A DNA stretch of 64,000 nucleotides from Elsinoe ampelina (taxonomy: Eukaryota): positions 1 to 64,000 of the forward strand of contig ML992522.1 in assembly GCA_010093995.1 (NCBI GenBank), written 5' to 3'. How positions within the stretch are numbered: position 1 is the stretch's first letter; every line of letters starts with the position of its first letter. Below, in pieces: positions 13,201-24,809 of this stretch. Below the pieces are notes generated by a model, which was not told where the DNA came from, made no database searches, and saw only the letters and a list, made by a program, of their open reading frames with translations. Position numbers and translations under genes: made by a program.

Positions 13201-16200
13201 ACAAGGTCACATCGGTCATACATGCTCACGATAGCCTATCGGCGGTCAGCATTGATCAAAGAAGCTTTGGACTCGATGGCTTGGGGGCAGGTCCTCGCTT
13301 CCTCCATCTGGTGTCCACCAACTTGCTGGCAATCGAAATAGTCAACGAGCTTGCTCCTGGTGATCATCTTGTTGCATACGAACCCGATCTCGAGTTTGCG
13401 AATATCCTCAAGAGAGCGGCCAGATGCTCACAAGTGAATATCACGATTGTGACAGCAGCATTGAGTCAAGAACGTTGTCAGCGTCTTGGATGGCACCGGA
13501 TTCATCCTCAATCATCCACTCGTAGCATTCAGACATACCTCCCCGACCAAGTCTCCCTCTTTCTGGAATGCGGACATTCGCAACCATCGACCTCTCCAAC
13601 CTTTTCAGCACGCATCCGCTCGGCCCTCGGCACTGAATGTAGGGTCGCTATGATGACTGACTGGCTCGCGACGATTGCCACGAAGAGAAAGCTTGCATCA
13701 GCCACAGATGATAATGCTATTGGCGATCGACTGCGACTAGCTGTCGACCGAGCTCAGCACGATCGCTTTAGTTCAAAAGTGGATATCCAGACAGTTTCTG
13801 TTGGCCGGGTGAACGCTCTCTCGGCCACATACGATGAGATCGCAAGAAACTGGTGCAAAGCCCCGGTAGTCATGGAGTGGGAAGGTGTTCTCCAGGCTTC
13901 GGTCAATGTACGACCTATCGACCATCGGAATCTTTTCTCGCGGCAAAAAACATACTGGCTTGCTGGACTCACCGGCAGTCTCGGTGCGTCACTTTGCGAA
14001 TGGATGCTCAGCCACGGTGCTGAAACCATCATCCTGACCAGTCGTACTCCAAAGATGCCATCTACTTGGTTGGAAAGAATGTCCCGACTTGGAGGATCAA
14101 TTCACGTGCATTCAGTGGACTTGACGAATTTCGAACAGACCGAGGCCTTCTACAGAGACATGTCCTCTGTCCTACCTCCCATTGGGGGTGTAGCTTCTGG
14201 TGCCATGGTTTTGAGAGATACAACATTGAGGAATATGACTCTCGATGATATGCAGCAGGTCTGTCGGCCAAAGGTGTTAGGGACTTCAAACCTTGACAGG
14301 CTCTTCTACGGCCAGAACCTCGACTTTTTCATCGCTTTCTCTTCCCTCACAGCAGTGACCGGGAACCCCGGCCAATCCAATTACTCGGCTGCGAACCTGT
14401 TCATGTGCAGTCTTGTCGAACAGCGTCGGCGGCGTGGACTTGCTGCTTCAGTCATTCACATTGCCCCCATCTTGGGCGTTGGCTATGTCTCGGAGAAAAG
14501 CGACAGAACTAAGACAAATTTCCCTCGCACATCTGGCTACTCTCTCACTGCGGAGCAAGACTTCAGGCAGCTCTTCGCAGAAGCCGTGGTCGCTGGTAAA
14601 GATTTGAACAGATCTTCAGGACCTGTTGAGATTGTTCTAGGTCTGCTCAAAGTAAGTCCGAACCCGGAAAAGTTGCCTTACTGGTTCGAAGATCCCATGG
14701 CTTCCCATTACATACGCAACGGTGATACCGCGGACGTCTCCAAGACGTCCGCCGCAAAGACCTCCACCAAGGCAATGCTTGCATCTGTTGCGACCCGCGA
14801 GCAGGCGGTCAAAGTTCTGACAGATGCCATTAAGCCTTTCATAGCTTCCATGTTCCAACTTCAGGGCGGCTCTGATCTCGATGATGCCGACTTTCTTGGT
14901 CTCGAACTGGATGATATCGGCCTCGACTCCCTTTTGGCAGTGGAGACCAGGACCTGGTGGCTGAAGACTGTTCAAGTCAACATTCCCGTGATGAAACTAT
15001 TGAGTGGAATCTCAATAGGGCAGCTGATATCTATAGCAATAGACAGCTTACCTCCCGATCTCGTACCCCATCTAAGCAACAAGGCTTGCCCGACTGATCA
15101 GACACCCGAGCCCTCGAAGCAGGTAGTACAGATGACGGACAGCAATGCCAGTACCTCAGATGACAGCAGCTTGAAAAGTAGCAGTCACACAAGTCTCCAT
15201 GATCCGACGGCAGAATCCACCCCCATATCTATCGGGACACCTGATTCTGAGCCTAGAATCGACCCAGACTCCAGCGTGCCCAGTCTCAGTATCTCGAAGA
15301 GCCCGGATTTGAGCGTCAGCAGAGTCCAGAAACTACTACCAGAGCCGGAAGTGGAGCGATGGGTGGACTTATCATTTGGACAAATGACGTTCTGGTTTGT
15401 GTTGACGTTCCTGGACGATAAAGCTGGACTGAATCATACGGGGTTGTTCCGCTTGACCGGGGCGCTCGATGTGACAAAGCTAGAGCGATCGGTGAAACTA
15501 TTGGGACAACGCCATGAAATACTGCGCACTTGTTTCGCAGACATGGATGGCCGTGTGAAACAAGGTGTGATGCGGGACAGTCGACTCGCTCTGGAATGCC
15601 GGACCATCTTGCATGAGAGGGATGCATTTGCTGCCGCGGAGGACTTACAGAGCTACAAGTGGGACTTTGCTCAAGGAGAATCCCTACGCATTATTCTGTT
15701 GGAGTTTGGTCCGCGGGACTACTTTCTCCTTTACGGAACCCACTCACTCGTATTGGACGGAATATCAGGTACAGTGCTGACTCGAGAGCTTTCGCGGCTA
15801 TACACAGAAGAATCGTCGTCTGAGGAGGGTCTCACTTTGATCCAGTATCCCACATACGCAGAATCACAGATCAAGGCACTGGAATCCGGCAAATTCGAGG
15901 CGAGTCTACGTTTCTGGAGGGAAGAGCTTGCATCATGTCCACCTCCTTTGCCGGTACTTCGCATTGTCGATGTCATCAATCGTCCAGTACAGAGACGATA
16001 TGATAACCAAAGGGTTGATGCGTGGATCGACGGAGCGACAAAGGCTCGTATTTGGGCTATCTGCCGACAGCAGAAGATTCGACCATTCCATTTCTTCCTC
16101 ACCGTTTTCCGTGCTTTACTATCCCGACTGGCTGCCACAGAAGAGCTTTGCATAGGAATCGTGGATGCTAACAGATCTCACGAGGGAGCCTTGCAGAGCT

Positions 16201-19200
16201 TGGGTCCGTTCATCAACCTCTTGCCTCTCCGATTCTCAAACAGCGCACAGCAGAACTTTGGCGCAGCTCTCAAGCAAACCAAGAGCAAGAGCGATTTGGC
16301 ATTAACACACTCAGATGTACCATTCGAAGCGATCCTCAATGAGTAAGTTCACTCACTCCTCCGACTCCCCCAGAGGCTGATCTTCAGTAGTCTTGCTATT
16401 GCCCGTTCTTCTACCCATGCCCCCATCTTCCAAACTTTCTTCGATTATCGCCAGGGCATGAGCAAAAAGCAGCAATTTGACGACTGCGAACTCGAATTGC
16501 TGTCTTTCCAGGCTTCCAATGTGCCATACGATGTCTCCATGGACATCAGCGATGACTCCATCAACGGAGAATGCCACTTGATGCTTATTGTCCGGGAGGA
16601 TATGTATTCGAAGAAACATGCGGAGCTTTTGCTCGGTTGTTATGTCAACCTCGTCGCATCTTTCACCGAAACTCCGACTTCCTCGTTCGGTGATGCACAG
16701 ATCTATGACCCCCGCGACATCGAACGTGCGCTAGCGTTTGGCATAAGTAAGTGAGCACGGAGAAACCGCCATGCGATGATCTGAGAAGTCTGACCATAGA
16801 TTACCACTAGATGACGCCGTACCCTCAAAATGGCCATATGAGTCAGTCCTCGATCGCATACTCGACATCGCAAAATCCAGCCCACAAGAAGTTGCAATCA
16901 AATTGCCTTTCAATGGCGATTCGATGACTTACCAAGAGATGTCTGACAAGGCTATGGGCATCGCCTGCGCTCTTCGAGAACAGGGATGTATCAAGGGATC
17001 CGTCGTGGCAACGTTTCAAGAAGCAACTCCTGACTGGCTTGCATCCTTACTTGGTATTTTCAGTGTTGGCGCTTCTTACGCACCTTTCGATGGTAGCACT
17101 CCAACGAAAAGGCTGCTGGACATGGTCGAGGATTGCAAGGCCTGCATTGTTCTTGTGGACAATAAAGTCAGTCAGGAGACAGTCAAGGCTTTGGATTCTG
17201 GATCGCGGCGCAAGCTCATCAACGTGGCTCACATTCGATCCAAAACAACATCCTCTGGGACGACTCCAGTATCTCTGTCTGCAGAGGATCCAGCCATGAT
17301 ACTGTACTCCAGCGGATCTACAGGAGTACCCAAGGGAATCGTCCTCAAACATGGTGGACTACGAAACTGGGCAGAATTCATGCCAGATCTCTACAGGTCA
17401 GGGCAACGGGATACAGTACTCACACAAAGCTCTTGCGGCTTCGACATGTCGTACTTGCAGGCTTTCTTTGCACTTTGTCATGGAGGAACGGTGTGTATCT
17501 GTCCTAGGACCTTGCGAGTCGACGCCAAAGCCATCACGAACATCATCGCAGACGAGGGAGTGACTGTCACGTGTGCAGTACCCTCCGAGTATACCAACTG
17601 GTTGAGATTTGGGGACCCCGAGGCACTCGCCCGTTGTACGAAGTGGAGGACTGCCATGTGCGGTGGTGAGCCAGGTACGAATGTGGTACTGGAATTGCAA
17701 GCATCCCTCGGTCCTCAGCCCAGATCAAGATTCTTCCACATCTATGGCCCAACCGAGATTACATTCATCACGACTGGTATGGAACTGTCGTACGGGAGTG
17801 GTGAAGAAAGTCCTGCTGTTGGAGGACCATTCCCTAACTACTCGGTTTACGTCCTTGACGAACAGCTCAAGCCTGTACCACCGGGCGTTCAGGGCGAGAT
17901 CTATGTGGGCGGAGCCGGCGTCGCAACCGGCTACCTTGAGAATGCCAATCTCACCGCCGAAAAGTTCTTCTCCGATCCTTTTGCGCCACCTTCGTTCGTG
18001 GCAAATGGATGGACTACCATGCACCAGACCGGAGATAACGGTCGGTGGCGAGAAGACGGTGGTCTCTTGATCGAAGGCCGCAAGGCTGGGGACACACAGC
18101 ATAAGCTCCGGGGCCTTCGTATTGATCTGCAGGAGATCGAGCATGTCATCTTACAGGAGTCGCAAGGACTGTTGAGCGATGCTGTTGTATCGGTCCTTCG
18201 TCCATCCGCTCAAAGACCCGAATTTCTTGTAGCGCACGTCCGATTCGATCCCACGCTCAATCTACTTGACGCTCCACGGAAGCAGCTTCTGGACAAGCTA
18301 TCATCGGGACTTCCACTACCACAATACATGTGGCCAGCTGTGATCGTTCCTATCAATGAATTACCATTCACGGCCTCTGGAAAGCTCGATCGAAGAGCAG
18401 TCGCAGCTTTGCCGCTTCCGGATTCATTGCAGCGTGACAATAAGCCGAGTGATGACGATTTGATCACTTTGACGGAGACCGAGTCTCAACTCAAGCAGCT
18501 GTGGGAAGAGATCATCTCTAGGGATATCACGAAGCTTCATCGCATCGGACCAGACACAGACTTCTTTCGAGTAGGCGGGACCTCGCTACTTCTCCTACGA
18601 TTGCAAGCACAGATCAGGCAGAAATTCGGCCTCGTCATCCCTTTCGTAGAGCTATTCGAATCGTCCACACTCAGCGCCCTATCCCTTCGGATCGAGAACA
18701 AGGGCAAAGCCCCAGAGGCGAAGACGTTCAGCTGGGACCGCGAAACTTCAATCCCCGAGCCCATCCTCGACCATCTCGCCAGCGCGAGTGCCCCTCCTCC
18801 TGACGCCTCCTCCAGGACAGTCATCTTGACCGGTAGTACTGGTGTTGTAGGACGCGCTCTCCTTGCCTCTCTCATCGCGGACCCTGCAATCCACACTATC
18901 CACTGCATCGCCATTCGCGACCTCTCCTCGCGCCGAGCTCAACTACCGACGCACGCAAAGGTCAAACTCCACGAAGGCGATTTGACTCGGCCTCTTCTCG
19001 GTCTGCCCCAATCGGCAGCCGAGTCTATCTTCTCCTCGGCCGATCGCATCATCCACAACGGAGCCGACACCTCCCATCTCAAAACCTACCATTCCCTCCA
19101 AGCTGTGAACCTCGGAGCCACAAAAGAAGTCGTTTCGCTCTGTGTTCGCTTCGGGAGGCTGATTCCCCTGCACTACGTCTCTACGGCAAGCGTGTTACAA

Positions 19201-19800
19201 TATTCCGGTCTCGAAGAGTTCGGGGAGGAGTCGGCGGCCAAGTATCCCCCTCCCGTCGATGGTTTGGACGGTTACTCTGCCTCGAAGTGGGCGAGCGAAG
19301 TGTTCCTCGAGAAGCTGAAGGACAGTCCCGGCGGCGAGGCGTGGGGGTTATGGGTGCACAGGCTGAGTTCCGTGCAAGGAGCCGAGGGTGATGAGATGGG
19401 TGCCTTGGAAGTCATACCTAACTTGTTGAAGTACTCGAGGGCGGCAAAGGCGGTGCCCAGCACGGGGAATCTGAAGGGGTGGATCAATCTCGTGCCGCTG
19501 CGACAAGCGGTCGTGGGGTTACAAGGGGCTTTGCGGGAAGAGCCTTGGACGGAAGCGGTGAGGTTCAAGCATGAGATTGGGGACGTCAATGTCCGCATGG
19601 ATGGGATCAAGGACTATATTGAACGGGAGACGGGATCAGAGGCGAAGGTCCTGGAGATGGATCAGTGGGCGAGGTTAGTCCAGGGATTGGGAATGGATCC
19701 GTTGCTGGTGGAATTCTTCCTGAGTCTAGTCAAGTCTCCGAACATGGTTTGGCCACTGTTGAGCAAGAGACGGGAGCAGGGGCAAAGACCTGAAAGGTAG
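7256..19800 (+). CDS. Hybrid highly reducing PKS-NRPS (KS-AT-DH-cMT-ER0-KR-ACP-C-A-T-R), ~4083 aa, 6 exons
   Basis: Exons 7256-8118, 8173-8604, 8655-12604, 12682-16342, 16391-16746, 16811-19800 total 12252 nt in frame. [60 protein letters not shown] and [59 protein letters not shown] and YSASK. Confidence 0.97.
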
Positions 19801-19954
19801 ATGAGTAGACGAGTTTTGGACTGGGTTCGGTAGAGTTCTTCTTGGGTATCGTAAATCCTCTGAATGTACTCCAGCAACCGTCAAGGCAAGGTAATCATTA
19901 TCCCGATGACACAGAATGTGATATGATTGGCCGGTGTGAGGTTGCCTAACACAG

Positions 19955-20240
19955 ACGGGAGAGGTACATCCATCCATTGACATTGTTCGTGCTGGGCCAG
20001 GCATCGAATTCGAATACATTGCCATCCGGCAAAATGGCAGACTGCCGGTTACCACGGTGGGAAGAAACGGACTCTTCGAGCTCAATCCTTCCAAAGTCGA
20101 CGATGCTGAACGGATTGCGAATATCTCGTGAGTGGTATCCTTCACCGGCATCATCGAAGTCTCTCGAGACTTGTTCGCGGTCGTCGGGGCGACTATACTC
20201 ACTTTTCTTGCTGATAAACATGGAACAATGGTCATTCATT
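19955..20240 (+). pseudogene. Remnant of a fungal six-bladed beta-propeller gene (SMP-30/TolB-like; AsR5/EupF-type family)
   Basis: One frame reads GPGIEFEYIAIRQNGRLPVTT...LFELNP...IANIS*VVSFTGIIEVSRDLFAVVG, with an in-frame TGA at 20129-20131. This resembles the family pattern ENIAVRxNGxLLVT...GIxExxPDxFAV. Similarity is lost after ~20240. Confidence 0.5.
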
Positions 20241-20673
20241 CAAGGCATCAATCTTCTCCCATCAAAAGCAATCCAAACAACGTACAAAGGCGGCTCAATT
20301 GCCTCGTCGCACATCTTCTGTCGTCTCCCACCAAAGCCCAAAGCCCGTTTCAACTCGATGACCAGCCTTTCCAGAGCTTGTTGTTGCATTTCGCGTGCAT
20401 CATGACGCGCCGTCCGATCGCTGCTCTTGCGAGTCTCTCCATTTGCCCATTATGCGCCACGTGTCAGAGCATCCGCAAGCCGAAGCAACTCCCAAAAACC
20501 GAGGCATGAAGCCTAACGTATGTACAAGAACCCAACGTCTCTTTATCCTCGTCCACTGCCATAGACGCCACATCTCCCTCATAGTTCGTGCCTGTTGACA
20601 TCGTGTCTCATTGATTCGTTTCGGCATGCGTTGCTGGTGGAGAACTGCTGGCACCACCATGTGACGCTGCAGG

Positions 20674-23505
20674 TCACATGGTGTTGACACTCAGTTCATT
20701 ACCCATGTAATCGTGGCTGTGAGTATTCGAGAGTCCAAATTTGGCAAACATGTCTTCGTCATCGTTGAATGTCATGCAGATACCAGAGTCGTCAACGTCT
20801 CCCTTCTGTTGTGACTGGGAGAAGTCGGTCTGATTCTCCTTGGCTGGTGAGATGTCAAAGTTGAACGAAGGAGGAGATTGGAAGAGCGTCTGCTGCGGTA
20901 GCTGCTGATGTTGCTGGATCGGCGTCTGCTGCGGCTTTGATTGAGGCTGCGGAACTTGCTGCTGTGCTTGATGGTAAGAATTCTGCCTGCTCAGTGGCTG
21001 ACGAGTGCTGGCTTGGCTCAGTTGACTTCCATTGATCGATGTCTCGAAGGATTGCTGGAATCCCTGGACTGAGTGGACCGAGTGAGTGGAGTGAGTTCGA
21101 GACACTGCAGGATCGTTAGCAAAAGCATAATGAAAAGGGCTACTAGTCATACATAGCGGAGCATTTGCATGGTTGTGCTGCTCGGTCTGGCCATTGTTGG
21201 CATTTTGAGGAAGACTGTTGTCACCGTCGATACTGCTCATTCTACTGGCAGTTGCGCTGCGGGAGCTGTTGCTGCGCTGCATTTCACCACTGGTGATGGC
21301 CGAAGGTGCTTTTGTCGAGATCGCAGAGTTCTTGGACTCTCCAGGGACTCGCTCGAGAAAGCCGCCCATTCCGGCAAGCCACAGCGACATCTCGTCGACA
21401 AAGATCTTCATGACCCACCAGGTCTGATAGGAAGCACCGCCCATGATGGTAATGTCCCGCAATGCTGCAGTGCCGACAGACGAAATGCAATGAAGCAATG
21501 TGCGAGTGTTGGCTTGTGGAAACCGAGAGGGTAGGGTGCCGAGGAAGGAAGCCCATCTGTCGAGAACATTCTCGGTCGAGATGGACTCGCCATGTTCGTT
21601 TGTGGTTGTGGATCCCGCAGGACCAAAGCTATTCTGGCTGACGCTATAGGCCTGATTGTCGAACGAGAACATCGGGTTGTCGGGGAATGGCGGCGCCTGA
21701 AGCGGCTCGAGCAAGCTTCTGATATCGCACGTCAGGATTTTGTAGACCTCGTCGTATCCACAGTCCGGCAGCTCAGCCTCCATGACTCTTTTCGGGTTGA
21801 CCATTGTCACCCACTCTCTCCACATCTGTTCGCGGTTCTGGTCGATGGTGAGCAGATTTGCTGCGGCGTGAGCAGCAGCGTTGACGCGGATGAGTCGGTG
21901 CAGCAGACTGGCAAATGTGGCAGCTGGCTTTAGCTTGGCTTGCAATACATGCTGAGGATGTGCTTGAAATGTCTTTGAGATGTGAGCGTGAAGATTGGTC
22001 GAGATGTTGTTCAAAATGGTGATGACGATAGGCGGCGCAGCTTGAAGCGTGAGCCTCGAGACGAACCGCACCATCTTCTGGTACATGAGATAGTCGCATT
22101 CCTGGATCCATTGTGCGAGATCGGGATGACTGAAAAGCTTCTGGACTGGGACGGTGAGAGTACCGTGGAAAGATGTGAAGAGGCGGAAGAACTGCTTCTC
22201 CTTGCAGAAGCGAATACAGTCGATGAGTGAAGTACAGTGTGTTCGGTACAAAGCGAGAAGCGCATCGGCAGTATCAGTGTCCGTTTTGGGTGGGCAGTGC
22301 GGGTGGATGTTTGGTAGAGCAATCGAATCATCCCCATCGATGTCGCCAATTGGTCGCAGCGGGAAGCGGAGCGCTTGCTCGTACATCAGTGAGCCATCGT
22401 TGTCCTGTTGCATGCCTCGACTGTCAGGGTAAGCAAACAGTCTGCCTTGCGATGGTGGGCCTCGATTATCTGGAATGGGTGCGGGATCAAAGTCGAGGGA
22501 TACATCTGCCGCAGGGAAAGCAGCACTGTCGGCATTGAAACGTGGACCAGATCTACATGACTGTCAGCAGGAATTGTGATCATCATCGACAAATGAGTGC
22601 TTACGCAAAGTCTGCAGGTACGCTTGCAGACGCGCTCCGTCTGAAGTCGTGTAGGGAGTCACCCATGATGCTCTGGCTCCCTCCTTGTGGGGCAGACTCC
22701 TCCTCATCGCAAAGGGCAAGGTCGACATAGTGGTACTTTGACTCCCCACGGACCCCAAGTCGGCGAGTCTGAATGCCAGGGAAGATGACACGTACAAGCT
22801 TGCCGAAAGATGCTGGGTTGAGAGGGACGACTCGCTCAGTGCCGCACCTAGTCGCATAGTGAGAGTAGACTCTGTTTCTGGGAACAGATGTCTTGGCCGG
22901 TTTGCAAACCTTGCGAAGCCTTTGTTGTGGTCAGCATAACAAGACTGCAAACAGCTCCAGCACACCTACCAGAGCATCGCAAACAGCTGCTTCGTTTTCT
23001 CTGCCTGAGGCGTCCTCTCCTTCTGTATGACCTCTTGCGCCACTTCTTTGAGGCCTCTAGTCTCATTCCTTGCGAGCAATTCCCTCAACTCCTTGTCGTT
23101 GGTCGCAGTGGCAGCAGAGTTCTTCCTTCGTCGATCTTCGTGTTCGATACCGGGTGCCATGGCATGTGCAAATTGCATTTGAGCAAAAGCTGGATCCTGC
23201 ATCATGAATTGTCCCTCTTGTGGGGTGAATGGTCGTGGAGCAAATTGATCCATGTTTGCTTGCATCTGCTGGGCGGCAAGATGCTGTTGCATGACTGGAT
23301 CCATGGTCATACCGTTCTGTGCTCCAGCATATTGCAAGAGGGCCGCCTCGGGACCTGATGTCATAAAGTTCTGCTGCGCGTACATCTCTTGAGGAATCAT
23401 CTCTGGTGCTGGCGAGGCGGCGCTCGTTGTCGATGCTCGCGAGTCTGGTCTGTGCATGCTTCGTATCGAATGGCTCGATCTGCTGCGGTTCATGTGGAAA
23501 GCCAT
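20674..23505 (-). CDS. RFX1: RFX-family winged-helix transcription factor (Sak1/CPCR1/RfxA-like), multi-exon
   Basis: Spliced DNA-binding domain VPRNRVYSHYATRCG...LNPASFGKLVRVIFPGIQTRRLGVRGESKYHYVDL; conserved ALYRTHCTSLIDC region; Q-rich C terminus. Confidence 0.93.
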
Positions 23506-24809
23506 GCTCGGTGTGGCCTGGTCTTGGCTTTGATGTTTATTGTTGTTCTGGCGCAGTCAGCGACTGTGTCCTGCATGTCAATGCCGGCTCCAGATACAGC
23601 GATACATACAGTAGAGAATGTTCAGTGTTAGCAGAAAGACTGCATTACTGTCGAATCGTGGTCAGGGATTGGTAGAAGGTAGTGAGGTGATCGAGTCCTT
23701 GTCGCCAGAATCGTATTTGTTATGCCCACAACAGCAAAGTCGCGACGGTCGGCGGGCGCAAATGGATGATCGATGTAGTATCCAGATGGTGTCCAGCTAT
23801 GCTTGAGTCAGTGATGAAGCAATCCGAAGTCCCAAGGTGAAAGTTATTGGTCGTGTCAAGGACTTTTTGGTGAAGCTAAGTGAGATTGTTGTCACGAATA
23901 AACATGGTCGCTAGCGAGGGAGATGCCGAAATTCCTTGGCGGGCCCACAGGTCGAACGACGTCACTTTTTGCTTCCCAATAAGGTAATTACTAGGTAAGT
24001 TGTTGCTCGACCTCGACCTCGACAACAAACCTCAGCCCTCTCAATTTCGTCCGTCATATGAATCGACGGGTAGCTGTGGCGGTCTGCTTCCTCTCATCCG
24101 CTCACTGTGGCGGTCTAATTTGATGCGCAGGAAATTTGTCGTCGTTGAACGTTTCTCGGAGCCGCTGAGCAATGACCTTGGTATGCGTTCAAGCCATCAG
24201 CAATTGGCCAGATCATTCCGTGCACGCTGATTAAGACTGTAGTCAATTTTGACATTGATTATGGATCTCGATCTGCGTGGTAAAAATGTGCTATTTGATG
24301 TCACCAACAAGGATGCCCAGCTGAGATCTATTTTGCCATTTCTACCCACAATGCTTCATTTGTTTGGCCTGAGAATGAAGCCCAGGAAATGATATCAATA
24401 TCCCTGCTCAATCATCTACCGACTCAACGACACGGACAGACCACCCCAAGCCAGGCCCCTCATCCATTCCTGAAGATCCACATATCAAACGGCACACGTG
24501 CACTCGCAGACCCTGCAGTATGGCGAAGACATTACCTGGAGAAATCCGATATCATTTCCCTACCTGTCAAATTCCCCTGCACCCCAGCCCTATCGAAACT
24601 TACCTATCACAGACCTCTAATCTAGACGCCTGCGGTAACGTCGCAAGCCTCGCTGTGACCGTACAGCTGTACCTTCCACCTAGAATCCGAAGCGAAATGA
24701 AGCTGCGAGCTGGTCCAGGGACGATTCGATACTCGTATAATTGGTTGAATACACGCTCATGCGGAAACAGCAAACTGTCTAGTCTACTTGTGCGATACAG
24801 TTACAATCA

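Noticed and set aside
12682..13900. Unrecognisable ~400-aa stretch in the PKS as a novel domain
   Set aside because: Position between MT and KR matches the usual pseudo-KR/inactive ER0 region complemented by the trans-ER.
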